Source of the DNA: Camelus ferus
Taxonomy: Eukaryota
Length of the DNA: 64,000 bases
Reading direction: 5' to 3'
Assembly (NCBI RefSeq): GCF_009834535.1
Contig: NC_045697.1
Span: forward strand, 92,692,001 to 92,756,000
The notes beneath the pieces are model-generated. The model was not told where the DNA came from, did not search any database, and worked only from the letters and a program-made list of their open reading frames with translations. Shown in pieces: positions 53,421-64,000 of the stretch. The number at the start of each line of letters is the position of its first letter. The stretch's first letter is position 1. The position numbers and the translations under genes were made by a program.

Positions 53421-55407
53421 TACATTGAAACTTCCATACTTCCCTAACCACAAGTAAGAGATTATTGACTGATTTATGGAGGCTTTATAGCTTTTCATTG
53501 CTCCTTTTTTAATTAGGAAAAACTTTGGAAAAATTTGATTTTTCTTATCATAAATATCTTGGAGAGATCTTCATGAGGCAGGCCAAATAAATGCAAATGA
53601 ATGTATTCAATTCGATTCTTAGAGACTAGTTCTGTTTTATCACAAATCTTTTATATTCTGATTGTCTGTTCACAATAATTTATTCCAATTTTTTTCATAA
53701 AGTGAAAATTTGCTCTTAATTGACTGCTGAGTTTTCATCATATTACTGAGGTGATTTTAACTAGAGAGCTCCTTGGATACTGCCCACTAATAGTATTAAC
53801 TGTCTGTATCAAATGAGTGAGTTGAAATTATATTGAAAGCTGATACAAACTCTGCTGCCAGTAATCATTTTAAGAAGAAAAAAACTACTTCACAATAGTG
53901 TATGATTCTGATTCAGCATAAAAGTTAATGCTGCCTATAGGTTTTTTGTTTATCTTCAACTTTTTCATATCTTGAAAAGAATCAGAGAGAAAATCTGAAC
54001 GGGTGTGCTAAGGTGTGCTTTATAAGCCAATATTTTTTATATTTTGAGAAAATGTAGGAATAGAAACAGGGAAACATGACAGTACGAATAACTGCATGAG
54101 ACGGGCATTGTATGAACAGAGGAATATAATTAGTTTGAATTTTGGAGTGAGTCAAATATTCATGTGGGAATGATAAAGTCTTATAAAAATTTTAAAAATC
54201 ATAACTGACAAGTAAAATATTTATAATGCAGTAGTGTAATATGTAAAATTAAACACATGAATAGAATATGATTGCTAGATACAAATGTTGATTTTTATTA
54301 AAATAAACATAGCAGAAGGGCTTTAGATTATGTAATTTCCCTATTTATTTGATACTAAAGTAAACCTTGTTCTAACAAATCAATTAATTAAAAAATAAAC
54401 AAGTCAGAAACAGGTGTGTAATCATACATTCAGAAATTAAACTTAAGTGTACTGTGTTTCCCTAAGATTTTAGCAATTTTCTAAAATGTTTCCAAAGGTA
54501 TGGATGAACCAGAAGTAGATTATGTAATTTTCTAATATGAGATGAAACAAGGATTAGCTAACACTTTCTCTAGGCTCCTAAGAGTCATCATCACAGTCAA
54601 TTTGCCCTATCCCCCTGGAATCTTTCTCAAGGTGCTATTATCATGTCTCCAAAATGTGCACCCACATGAAAAATAAATCTTGCTTACCCAGAGTTATTTT
54701 TTGCTTCGTTGATGAACACCTTCAAAATCCATACCCAGTGTAATCCTTTGACTACTAGCAGTATGTGCTGGTAGAGTGGAAGTTCTAGCTCTTAGTAAGA
54801 GGTATGGGACATCTCTGCCTTCTGAGAATTCACAGAGCTCTGCAGAACCAGCATCCTTAGAAATAGCCTTCTTGATTACATAAATGTGTATTTTAATCAC
54901 AGATTTTTATCAACCAGGGCTGCCATCTTAGCATAAAAGACATTCCTTGCTTGAGAATTTAAACATCTTTGGAGCTCTGTAACTATAACTGTCATATCTT
55001 TGGTCTGCTGTTTCTGCTTTCCCACTGTAGGAGACAGGAGATTGTTTGTTAGCTGTGAAAGAGACCCTCTGTTTCTTGCACTTATCCTTTATTTGCCTTA
55101 AGTTTTTAATCATCCCTCTCCAGACTATCAGTATAACTTTGCAGTAAACAGCTAACTCTGACAGCTTTATGAAAGGCTTTGCTGCCCCCATATCTTTCAA
55201 ATGTCCAGATCATTTCAACAGCAAGGATAACTTCCTAGGATATTTCCCCAGGTAGCATTGGTGAAATCACCAGGAATTGGATCACCACCTTGTCCCAAAG
55301 ACTACGTGTATCTCACATACTACTTAAAATAGCATCCTCTTTGCTTGTTAGGCATGAGTGAACCAGTCCTCAAACCCCGTCTTACATCCTGTTCTCTTGC
55401 TGCACTT

Positions 55408-55815
55408 ATGTTAGTTTAGAGAAGCAGATGCTGAGACAGGAGTAGACAGAGAAATGCCTGTAAAGGAAAAGGCGTTGGTACCCAGGGAAGATAGGGAGTC
55501 TTCAGATTCAAAGAGGGTATGATCCCTGTGATGTCATTGCAGATGGGGGATAGAGTAACAACCTGAAGCACGATTCCAAGAAAGTTTCATTCATGTTGAT
55601 TGTGAGACCTTGAGCCAAAGTCACTAAGTTGAGGTCTCCTGTATCTTACAGAAGTAAGCCTGTATATGAACACTTGCTGCACTCAGTCATTACCTGGGAG
55701 AACTCTGGAAAAGCATGACTTCAGCACACATGTGATGGTAGATTCATGAAGGCTGTCAGTCAGTTATACTCCCCACAGCCCAAGATCTCAGTGGTACATA
55801 TTCATGGGCACCCCA
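55408..55815 (-). mobile_element. LTR16A-type solo LTR (ERVL)
   Basis: agaagcagatgctgagacagg...ccttgagccaaagtc...gctgcactcagtcattacctgggag...tactccccacag...attcatgggcacccca. Confidence 0.8.
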
Positions 55816-56449
55816 CTAAAAGAATGCATTAGAAATTACGATCTGATAATTGGTTCAAACATGTAATATATATTTATACCCATACTCATCAATAGGTTTG
55901 GATATTAGAACAAAGACATAATTTTGTTCATTTATTCTTTATAATTCTTGACATTATTTCCAATAATTAAACTGTTAAAAATATCAAATTTCTTTTTTAA
56001 ATTTTGGAACTTAATATAGAAGAAAATGCAAACACCCTATCTTTCTAAGAACCTCAATATGAAGCCAAGTTTGGAACTTTGTATCTGGATGAATTTGGGC
56101 AGTTCATTTGTGCTGCTAAGATCTAAATCATAATTTTTAAAACTGAACAGAAAAAAACCATTTTCTTCAACATTCTAAGTGGGTAACAAGACATTTTAAT
56201 AATGTAGCACAAGGCAGTATCTGGCCACTTCTACTGCTGCTATTCCTATTCATGATTAACTAGTTTAAAAGTTATCTAGAATTGGAATTGTGTGTTTCTG
56301 TGTGTACATGTATATGTGTATGTAACTATTATAGTCTTCATTTTATATTTATTTACATATTTTACAATGAGCCTGTATATTCAACACAGTTGTAATTATA
56401 TGCATGTAATAGCTCCAGTGGGACTAATTTTTTCAGTTTGACAGTTATC

Positions 56450-58975
56450 CTTATGCTACAGTAAGGGCTCTAGGAAGAAAAGGACTCAGAGTCTTTAGCT
56501 GGGGACTTCATTGAGCTGGATCTTTTACAAAATGATGCTTTACTACTCAAGAGTTACCAGTGCCTCTGCTTTAGAACAATAACTCTGATAAAGTCTTAAG
56601 TGGACTAAACAGGGAAATAGAGTTTCTGCTATGAGAGGAAAAAGCTTGCTCAGTGAAAGGACTGCGTTAAACCGTGGCTGAAGGAAATGGGGCAGTTGTG
56701 GGTATGGCTCTTGAGCATGTTGAGATGGAAGGGGTGAAATATGCAGGACAGGATGGGGTGTATCGCCGTGGGAGCACTCATCCATTACTCAGGATTCATC
56801 AGTCTTAATACACTGCAGGGATGGCTCTGTCCTTGAAATGTATGCACTATAATGGCCTACAATAACTAAGACTGAAAACCCACAAGTACTTTTAAAGAGT
56901 ACTATGGGAGGTATCAAAAGACTTAAGGAGATTAAAATGTTTGATTAAATTTATTATTTTAAGTGAGAAAAAAATGTTACTTGACAATGTTCTCCAAGAG
57001 CGCCAGGTGGACACACTTTTCAGCAAAACAATAATAACAGCAGCAGGAAATGTGCGCCAGCAGCATGTGAGCAGTCAGCAGAGGCCAGGATTGACAATAC
57101 GAGATGCTTCATAGAACTAGGCAAGGCATCCTAGTATCAGTGGTAACGGTAAGACTCTAGAATGCTAGGGGTCCAGATTGCTGTACTGAAGCAGCAGAGG
57201 CAAGTAGATGTAATTATCCTGTCATGTCAATTTGAAATTAAATCCAGAGAGGGTTTGGAACTGCATCAAGGTGATACTGTGCGATAGTCTACCATTCTAG
57301 CCATTTAATCTAGATCCAAAAGTACTAGAGGTACTTGAGATAGATAAGAAAGATGTATGTCTCTGGTATGTCTAAACCTTAAAAGGAGATTCATAGCCAG
57401 ACCCCTCGGGCATTCCTTTTTCCAAAGAGAATTATTCACCTTTTGAAACCTGTTCCTAACACACTGCTGGGCTGTGGTAAAAGCTAAGAGGGTAAGTATA
57501 AGACATTAAAGGACTATATGATACAAACTGCTCCCCTTCAAAAGCTGGGTGTTGTACGATCTACCACATCACAAGTTTAAGCAAGCACAGCAGCTGTCCA
57601 TGATATAATGCAAATCCTACCTCTAGGAGTGAACCTGAGCAGATCCAGATCATACAAGTATGTTATGCATACTGGTGGCTCAAATTCTTATGATGACTAG
57701 TATTTTGTATCTTTTTGTCTTACTCAAGTTTCTCTTATGGCCTCATGAGCATTCTTCATGATTAGTTGATGGAGAAGAAAAATACTCTGGCCTTATTTAC
57801 AAAGGGGTGTCTCAGTATTTTGGAACATATCTGAAAATATATTCCTGCTATACAATAATTCCATTCAAGTGGTAGCTCTAGATATTGAGTGGAAATTTTC
57901 TCAGTTTGATGGTGTATTACAGATGGTAGTCAAGTCTGTGTGGAGTAGGAGAAATTGTGAGGTGAGAGTATATAAGAATTCCTGAGCAGTGAGGAGTGAT
58001 CCACCTGGTTATTTCAGGATCACGAAGAAGCAACATTGAAAGGTTGGCATAAAAGAGATTTGGGGATAAACGGTGGCTGGAGCTATAGGAGTAGGTGCAC
58101 TGTTTGGTTTTGTGGTTACATTAATGGTCACAAACCAGAAGGCTCCCTACTACAGAGATAATACTCAACAAACGTGCAGAACAAGATGACTTCCTCTTGT
58201 TCTGTACTTGACCACCTCATACTTGCATAATGTGCCCAGAAGTGGTGCATTGGTCAGTAGTAATATACTTTGTGTGGACTCATCACTATGGCCTCTCTCT
58301 TACCAGGGAAATGATGACGTTGCCTCGAAGCAGCAGAGACTAGCTTTTCCACTAGTTCTCCTTTGTGTTAGTTTTTGTAGAAATTGTTGGACAGAAGCCG
58401 TTTTGAAACCTTATGACACAGGGGACTTTACATATGGCATGAATGGATCTCAATCATGGAAGAACAAAGCCTGTTATAGGCAGAGTATTTGGTGTCCTGC
58501 TTACATTTCTAGGCTCAGCGCAGCTGTGATGGTCAGTTTTTTGTTTTTGTTTGCAAACTCAGATTCATGCAAATAGTTTCCTCCTCAAGTCTGTGCCATG
58601 TATCTTTTTGTACTTTCCCCCTTGGCCTGATCTCAAAATGTGAAACTCACTTGGCCTGCATAAAAATGTTTCCCAGAAGTGTGGGAGACTTAGGTCTCAT
58701 AGCAGGCAGCCTTCAACTAGTGGAAGAAAGAATGGAGGTTTATAAATGCCCAGCTACTCTTTGGACTCTGAGGACTCTTTGAGAGGCATTTTGTATGCTT
58801 CTCATAAATGCACATGAGCATCTTTTGTCCAGAGACATGACCTTGATAAATCACTCTACCTGTCCACTTTTCAAGTCTTATTTTCCCATCTCCTTCACTT
58901 TTGCTTATTGGCATTCCCTACCAAATGATGTACCAGCATATACATGTCTCTGCTTCTAGGGTAACCCCAAAAAAG
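56450..58975 (+). mobile_element. Deleted ERVL-class provirus (HERV16-like): gag, RT connection, RNase H and integrase relics, then a 3' LTR16-type LTR (about 58472-58975)
   Basis: Hand translation gives RLKEIKMFD*IYY, VLQERQVDTLFSKTI and RPGLTIRDA (gag); NYSPFE and SWVLYDLPHHKFKQAQQLS (pol); EVRVYKNS*AV and KVGIKEIWG (RNase H). The LTR contains ataaatgcccagc...gaggcattttgtatgcttctc...ctctgcttctagggtaacccc. Confidence 0.85.
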
Positions 58976-59039
58976 TTAGGATATAAGTAGCATGATGCAA
59001 TTTGCATCTATATTTCTAAAATGAATGTTTGTATACACT

Positions 59040-59171
59040 TAGAATAGTTTTAAATTGTAGGTGATTCAATTGCAGACCCAGAGATTCTGTTTTAGTGTGT
59101 ATTGGGAAAGACTTAAAAATCTTTAGGCAAATTTGTGCAAGAGATCTGAAGATTAGTTTTGAGAAACACTG
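59040..59171. mobile_element. MER5-type hAT-Charlie MITE fragment
   Basis: cccagagattctgttttagtgtgtattggg...ttttgagaaacactg. Confidence 0.6.
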
Positions 59172-60099
59172 TTTTAGCTCTTTAAGACTATTCCTTAAAT
59201 TTACTTGACATTTCACAATGTATTTTCAACACAGAAATAGGTATCAAAATTATGCTCCAACATACAGTGTTCAAATTAGAGCTTAATGCCATATTTTTGG
59301 AAAACACAACAAAATACACAGCAGTGACTACTTCCAATGAAGTGAATAATGCAATATCAACTTCTGTAAGATTTTTTAAATGCTAAATTCTCTTAGATCT
59401 TCACAGATCCAAGTCTGCAAAGGCCTCAGAAGGCAATGATATTTTTGTTTCTACTGTCATCTCAAACAGAAACAGATAGAGTCCTAATGTCCGATTGAAA
59501 AACTAATGTCCTCAAGTCACATATTCTCTTAATAGCACTAGCAGTCAATATATCATAGAATGGTAAATGCTTACTTCCAAAATATGTTAAATAAATTCAC
59601 TAATAGGTATGAAAAATCATGTAGGAATACAGATGTTTATTTCAATTGACACACATTGATCCACATTATAGATGAATATAACTTTCCAATGCAATCCAAC
59701 TCAATGATATAACATGTAAAAGAATAGTTCAATTCAGTGAAAACAACTAGAGTTGTGCTACTTCTTTAGATTTCTATTAATTAATCTTGATCTGTGTGAA
59801 AATCATAGAATTTGTTAACTTTTTTTGTTTTCTTTTACTGTTTGGAGAAGTGTGTCTTACATCTTTTCAGTTTAAATAAATTATCATTATTTCCTCCATC
59901 AGAGAATAATTCTAATGTGTGGAGAAAATATTTACTATATTTTCAAGTAATATGTTAAATTGAAGCAGGTTTTTAATCATTTCCTGGGGAAAAATATATT
60001 CATCAAAAGAAAATTGAGGAAATAGCCTTGTAAAACAGTCTCGAAACAAAACTACATGCATTTTAATTTGAAATACACTTTTGAAAGAGTTCCAAAGGA

Positions 60100-60131
60100 A
60101 ATAATAAATAAATAAATAAATAAATAAATAA
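60100..60131. repeat. (AAAT)n microsatellite
   Basis: Directly visible. Confidence 0.9.
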
Positions 60132-60689
60132 GGAAAATGATTCAGGATAAAAATACTTTTTAAAGTCTACTAAATTTCCAATCAGATGATAAACTTAATG
60201 GAATGTTTAGGGTGATGATCTTCCTAGCCCCTTCTAGTACTTCCCCAGCTCTCAAAGAAGTGCCTTTATAAAATGATGCTAACTACATGCTTCATTCATA
60301 GAAATAAAATGATATGGTTATAGTAGGCTAAGGAATTGATTTTCTTTATTACTGTTTGAAATTTAATACAATCCAATAATAAATTATTTTAACATAGAGA
60401 AAATTACTCTCCCAATTAGTATCTTCATATAGAAGTGCTTTTATTATGAATAATACAAATGTGTGTGCTATGTGATAAAATTCTGTGTTCTCAGATTTCA
60501 TAGACACTTATAGTGGTACCTTTCACAATTTTCAAGATTTTTCTGATTTATTAACTGTAGATAACAACTTATAGAAGGTATTTCTTTATAGTGAACACAC
60601 ATATATATATATATGTATATACACACTATTCAGGGTTTTCATATCTCATATTCTGATCATATTCTGATCTCTGAAGGATGATAAAGAAA

Positions 60690-60800
60690 CAAGAGTTCTT
60701 GCAGGGACTTCCTGTTGAATATATGCATGACCATGAACAAGTCATTTAACCTTTTCAACCTCAATCTTCCCTTTGTAAAATGATGAACTTGGGCCAAATT
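60690..60800 (+). mobile_element. MIR core
   Basis: catgaccatgaacaagtcatttaaccttttcaacctcaatcttccctttgtaaaatg. Confidence 0.75.
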
Positions 60801-61181
60801 GGTAGTCTCCAGCCTTTCTTTCCAAGGAGAAACTTCTCATTTATCCAGTTGAAGAGACAACTGACAGAGAAGCACTTTCAGGAGGTCAGATGTTAGAAAT
60901 GGAAAAGTTACTCAGTGTTGCATATGGATATATCACACTTCTAATGGTCTCCTTCACCCACAGCAGACAGAGCACAGTGAAAGGAATGTGGCATACAGCA
61001 GCAATAGATAAACTGATTTGGAAAACTTGTATCTGTCTTTCTCTATTGTGCTTAAAAATTTATCCCTTTCTTTGTAACACACTTATTTTCTGTCCCCCTA
61101 TAGCTTGGCCCTAGCAGAGAGTATGTTTCTCTACATCTTCTCTGTTTGCTTCTTTCAAGCAGAGAGTTATCACATTGTGTG

Positions 61182-61215
<34 letters not shown>

Positions 61216-61222
61216 TATATAT
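61182..61222. repeat. (TA)n(CA)n compound microsatellite
   Basis: Directly visible. Confidence 0.9.
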
Positions 61223-61401
61223 AGGCTGTCTACTTAAATCCAATTAAAATATTTCTGTACTGTCTTCCATGTGTATATGGCACTGTGCTGGGATTTGCAT
61301 GTAATCTAAAGAGGCATATTGAAGGGAATCAATGTTTGGAGACATGGATTATTTTTAGTTCATTGACTGGGGGTGTGAGGGACACTGGGAGTCCCTCAAA
61401 G

Positions 61402-61450
61402 TTAGGTTTAGAGTTAGGGTTAGGGATTAAGGATTAGGGTTAGAGTTTGG
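61402..61450 (+). repeat. Degenerate (TTAGGG)n tract
   Basis: ttaggt ttagag ttaggg ttaggg a ttaagg a ttaggg ttagag tttgg. Confidence 0.8.
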
Positions 61451-61864
61451 ATATACATAAATTTCTAGCTAAAAGAATCTCAATTGTAGAATATTTTAAG
61501 ATACTGTATTTCTTTAAATCAAATAAAGCCACTGTAACTGACCATAATAATGAAATTTCCAAATTTTTATCACATTGAACTCTTCTAAAGCATGCCTAAA
61601 ACACAAGACAAGAATTATTTGATATCATAATATAAAGTTAACTTATGACTGGTGTAGGAATTAATAGACAAGAAAATACTGGGCTTCATATTTGTTTTTT
61701 TAAGCCTTAAGAAAAATATATTTGAAAGGAAGAATGTCTTTCCTTTATACTTTCTCCCCATCTCTTCTTAACTCTTGCTTGACATGAAAGCCATGAAAGA
61801 AATATTTTCCGCCAGTGAGGGGAAACAGAGTGAGGCGAGAGACACTGAGCCCACCGTGTAGTTA

Positions 61865-62006
61865 CAGAGTCTGCCGTCTGTATCTGTGGTTCTGCATCAG
61901 TGGATTCACCCAACCACAGATCATGTACTACTGCAGTAGTTATTTTTTTTAAATGCTTTTAAGTGGACCTGCAGAGTTCCTACTTTTGTTTTTCAAGGGT
62001 CAATTG
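61865..62006. mobile_element. MER8-like Tigger2-derived MITE fragment
   Basis: tctgtatctgtggttctgcatcagtggattcacccaaccacagatc...taagtggacctgcagagttc...ttcaagggtcaattg (Tigger2-type TIR). Confidence 0.75.
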
Positions 62007-62586
62007 TTAGAGCTGAAAATATACGTTTGATAATAATAATGCTTCTGAATTTTATTAAGCTTGTTTATGTATACAAAAGTATGTGTATGTGTGTGGACAT
62101 GTGTGTGTGTGTACACGGGCATTTAAAAAAGTAGCTGAGAAAAAATAATGTTGTTAAAATAGAAGTTTCCTATATAGATTAATGTTAGTATAGAAGTCTG
62201 CAGGAAAGTCATTGCATTTCTTACAATACAAACTTCACATTATTTTATGGTTAGTTGAGATGTGGGTGAATGCTAACCTCAAAAATTTAAGTATATTTAT
62301 TAAAATAATATTTATGGAGACTTGGCATATGAGTGGATGTGGACATAAAATTGAGAATATACAATTTTTATTGTTTCTAAAATATTGTTTTATGATTGTT
62401 CTGTGACTTCTAAGATAACTTTTGTTTCAAAACCCATAGGACATTTATTTTATAGTTTTTAAGACACTCCAGATTGCTAAATTTCTCAAAGGAAATTACA
62501 TCACATCCTAAATAGACTATTTGCCTCTGGGTGTGTTTTCTCAAGTTTTCTGTTTGTCAGTAGCAAATGTTCATTTGTTAGGAGCA

Positions 62587-62588
<2 letters not shown>

Positions 62589-62637
<49 letters not shown>
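62589..62637. repeat. (CA)n microsatellite, about 24 units
   Basis: Directly visible. Confidence 0.97.
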
Positions 62638-62640
<3 letters not shown>

Positions 62641-62827
62641 TTGCTAATTGTTTTTAGTATTATTTTAGAAAGACCTATGCAAACTTAAAAACAGATATGT
62701 GAACCAAAAATATTAAAGAAACTGTATTCCAAATATATTCTTGTCTAACCTATTGTTTCAACATACTAAATATTGTAAAGTATGATGAAATTTCTTTCTT
62801 AGGTAAATTTCTCATCACAAATAAAAT

Positions 62828-62905
62828 ACAATTGATCCCTGAATAACATGAGTTTGAACTGCACAAGTCACTTATATGCAGATGTTTTTTCAATATAAAA
62901 TACGA
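62828..62905. mobile_element. Tigger2a-like terminal fragment
   Basis: ta|caattgatccctgaataacatgagtttgaactgcacaagtcacttatatgcagat matches the Tigger2 TIR after a TA. Confidence 0.75.
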
Positions 62906-63029
62906 AAACAACTTTCTCAGGAGGTATTTAAACAACTTGGAGGTTGGAGGTATTTAAACAACTTTCTCAGGAGCTGATAAAACACGTTGACAAGGGAAAA
63001 AAACCCACCAAAACAATTAGCTTTTACAA

Positions 63030-64000
63030 TATATGAACCACGTTGTTAATGAATTTGACTTGAGCCCAACAACTTCAAAATACATATTCTTTGTAAGTAC
63101 ACATGACAGAAGATTAAAACTTACCACATGCTGAGTCCCATGGAAAGTTACAAGAAATATCAAAGTCTTAGTACAAATAGTATATTATCTAATTAGTATG
63201 GGATTAACTTAAAAATCAATATTAAAACACATAACTCTCAAACTTCAATTAAATTAGGAAATTAGAAAGCAGATTCCTAAACATCCAACTACTGAGATGA
63301 CAAAAATCACAAAGTAATTAGAAAATCTTTTTTTAATTAAATGCCAAAAATTCTAGTTGTGGTTGGAGTAAAGTTATACATTTACTGCATATTTAAGAAA
63401 ATAAAGGTGAAGAAATGAATGATCTAAGCATTTCTCTCATTTTAAAGTTGACAAATAAATGTAAAATATCAAGATAATAAAATTATAATACATTTATAAT
63501 ACATTTTATAATACAATAATTAATAATAGGGTTAATAAAGGGGATATTAATAGAGATCTTAACCAATATGAAAGCAATTATAAAAGCATATTATAAACAC
63601 TTTTATAGAAGTACATCTGATGATATAGATGAAATAGACAAATGTCCATAAAAATATAATGTATACTAACTGACATAATAAAATTTTAAAATCTGAATTA
63701 TTCTACATCTTTTAAAATTTAGCATTGATTAAATCCCCCCATAAAAAATATCTACAGATCAAGAAGTCTTCCCTGATAAAACTGACCATATCTTTAAGGG
63801 AAAAATAACTTCAAACATTCAAAACAATTTCAAGGAATAGATAATAGAAAATCATATCTTAACTTTGGAGACTATAATAACCTTGTAACAGAACCTGACA
63901 AAGATATTGCAATAACAGTTAAGTTACTGGCAATTCTTTTCCACAAAAATAGACATAAACATTTTAAATATTATTAAACCAAAATCAAATATTTAACTGT
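63030..64000 (+). mobile_element. Old L1 (L1ME-type) ORF2 fragment running off the window end
   Basis: aatacatattctttgtaagtacacatg...ccacatgctg...tagatgaaatagacaaat...cagaacctgacaaagatattgca. Confidence 0.8.

Noticed and set aside
58208..58576. 122-aa ORF
   Set aside because: Chance frame across the decayed ERVL internal/LTR boundary, with a non-ATG start.
1..64000. Prokaryotic-type systems (CRISPR array, operon, defence island), NUMT or processed pseudogene
   Set aside because: No regularly spaced repeats, no dense ORFs, and no recognisable mitochondrial or mRNA-derived sequence; the content is mammalian repeat-rich DNA.

Overview
AT-rich, CpG-poor eutherian genomic DNA, either a gene desert or a very large intron. 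It is most likely camelid: the youngest L1 3' ends match the camelid-type tail as I recall it, and I see no Alu, Bov-A/BovB, PRE-1 or Can-SINE. No intact protein-coding gene, tRNA, rRNA or CpG island can be supported. The listed ORFs are short chance frames or pieces of transposons. The window is a layered transposon record: L1 of several ages (including a twin-primed 5'-inverted copy), L2, MIR, HAL1, MLT1 LTRs, ERVL-class LTRs and decayed gag/pro/pol relics, a disrupted Tigger2 transposase, hAT and Tigger MITEs, and microsatellites. I found no convincing new biological system. The best leads are a minus-strand splice-signal cluster at about 52.0-52.6 kb (candidate lncRNA, possibly LTR16A-driven), an AmnSINE/Deu-like tail beside an exon-shaped segment at 34.1-34.3 kb, two decayed ERVL-like gag/pro relics, an interstitial telomere-like tract with an adjacent hairpin, and several repair scars. 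Repeat family names come from remembered consensus sequences, not a search, and most boundaries are approximate.
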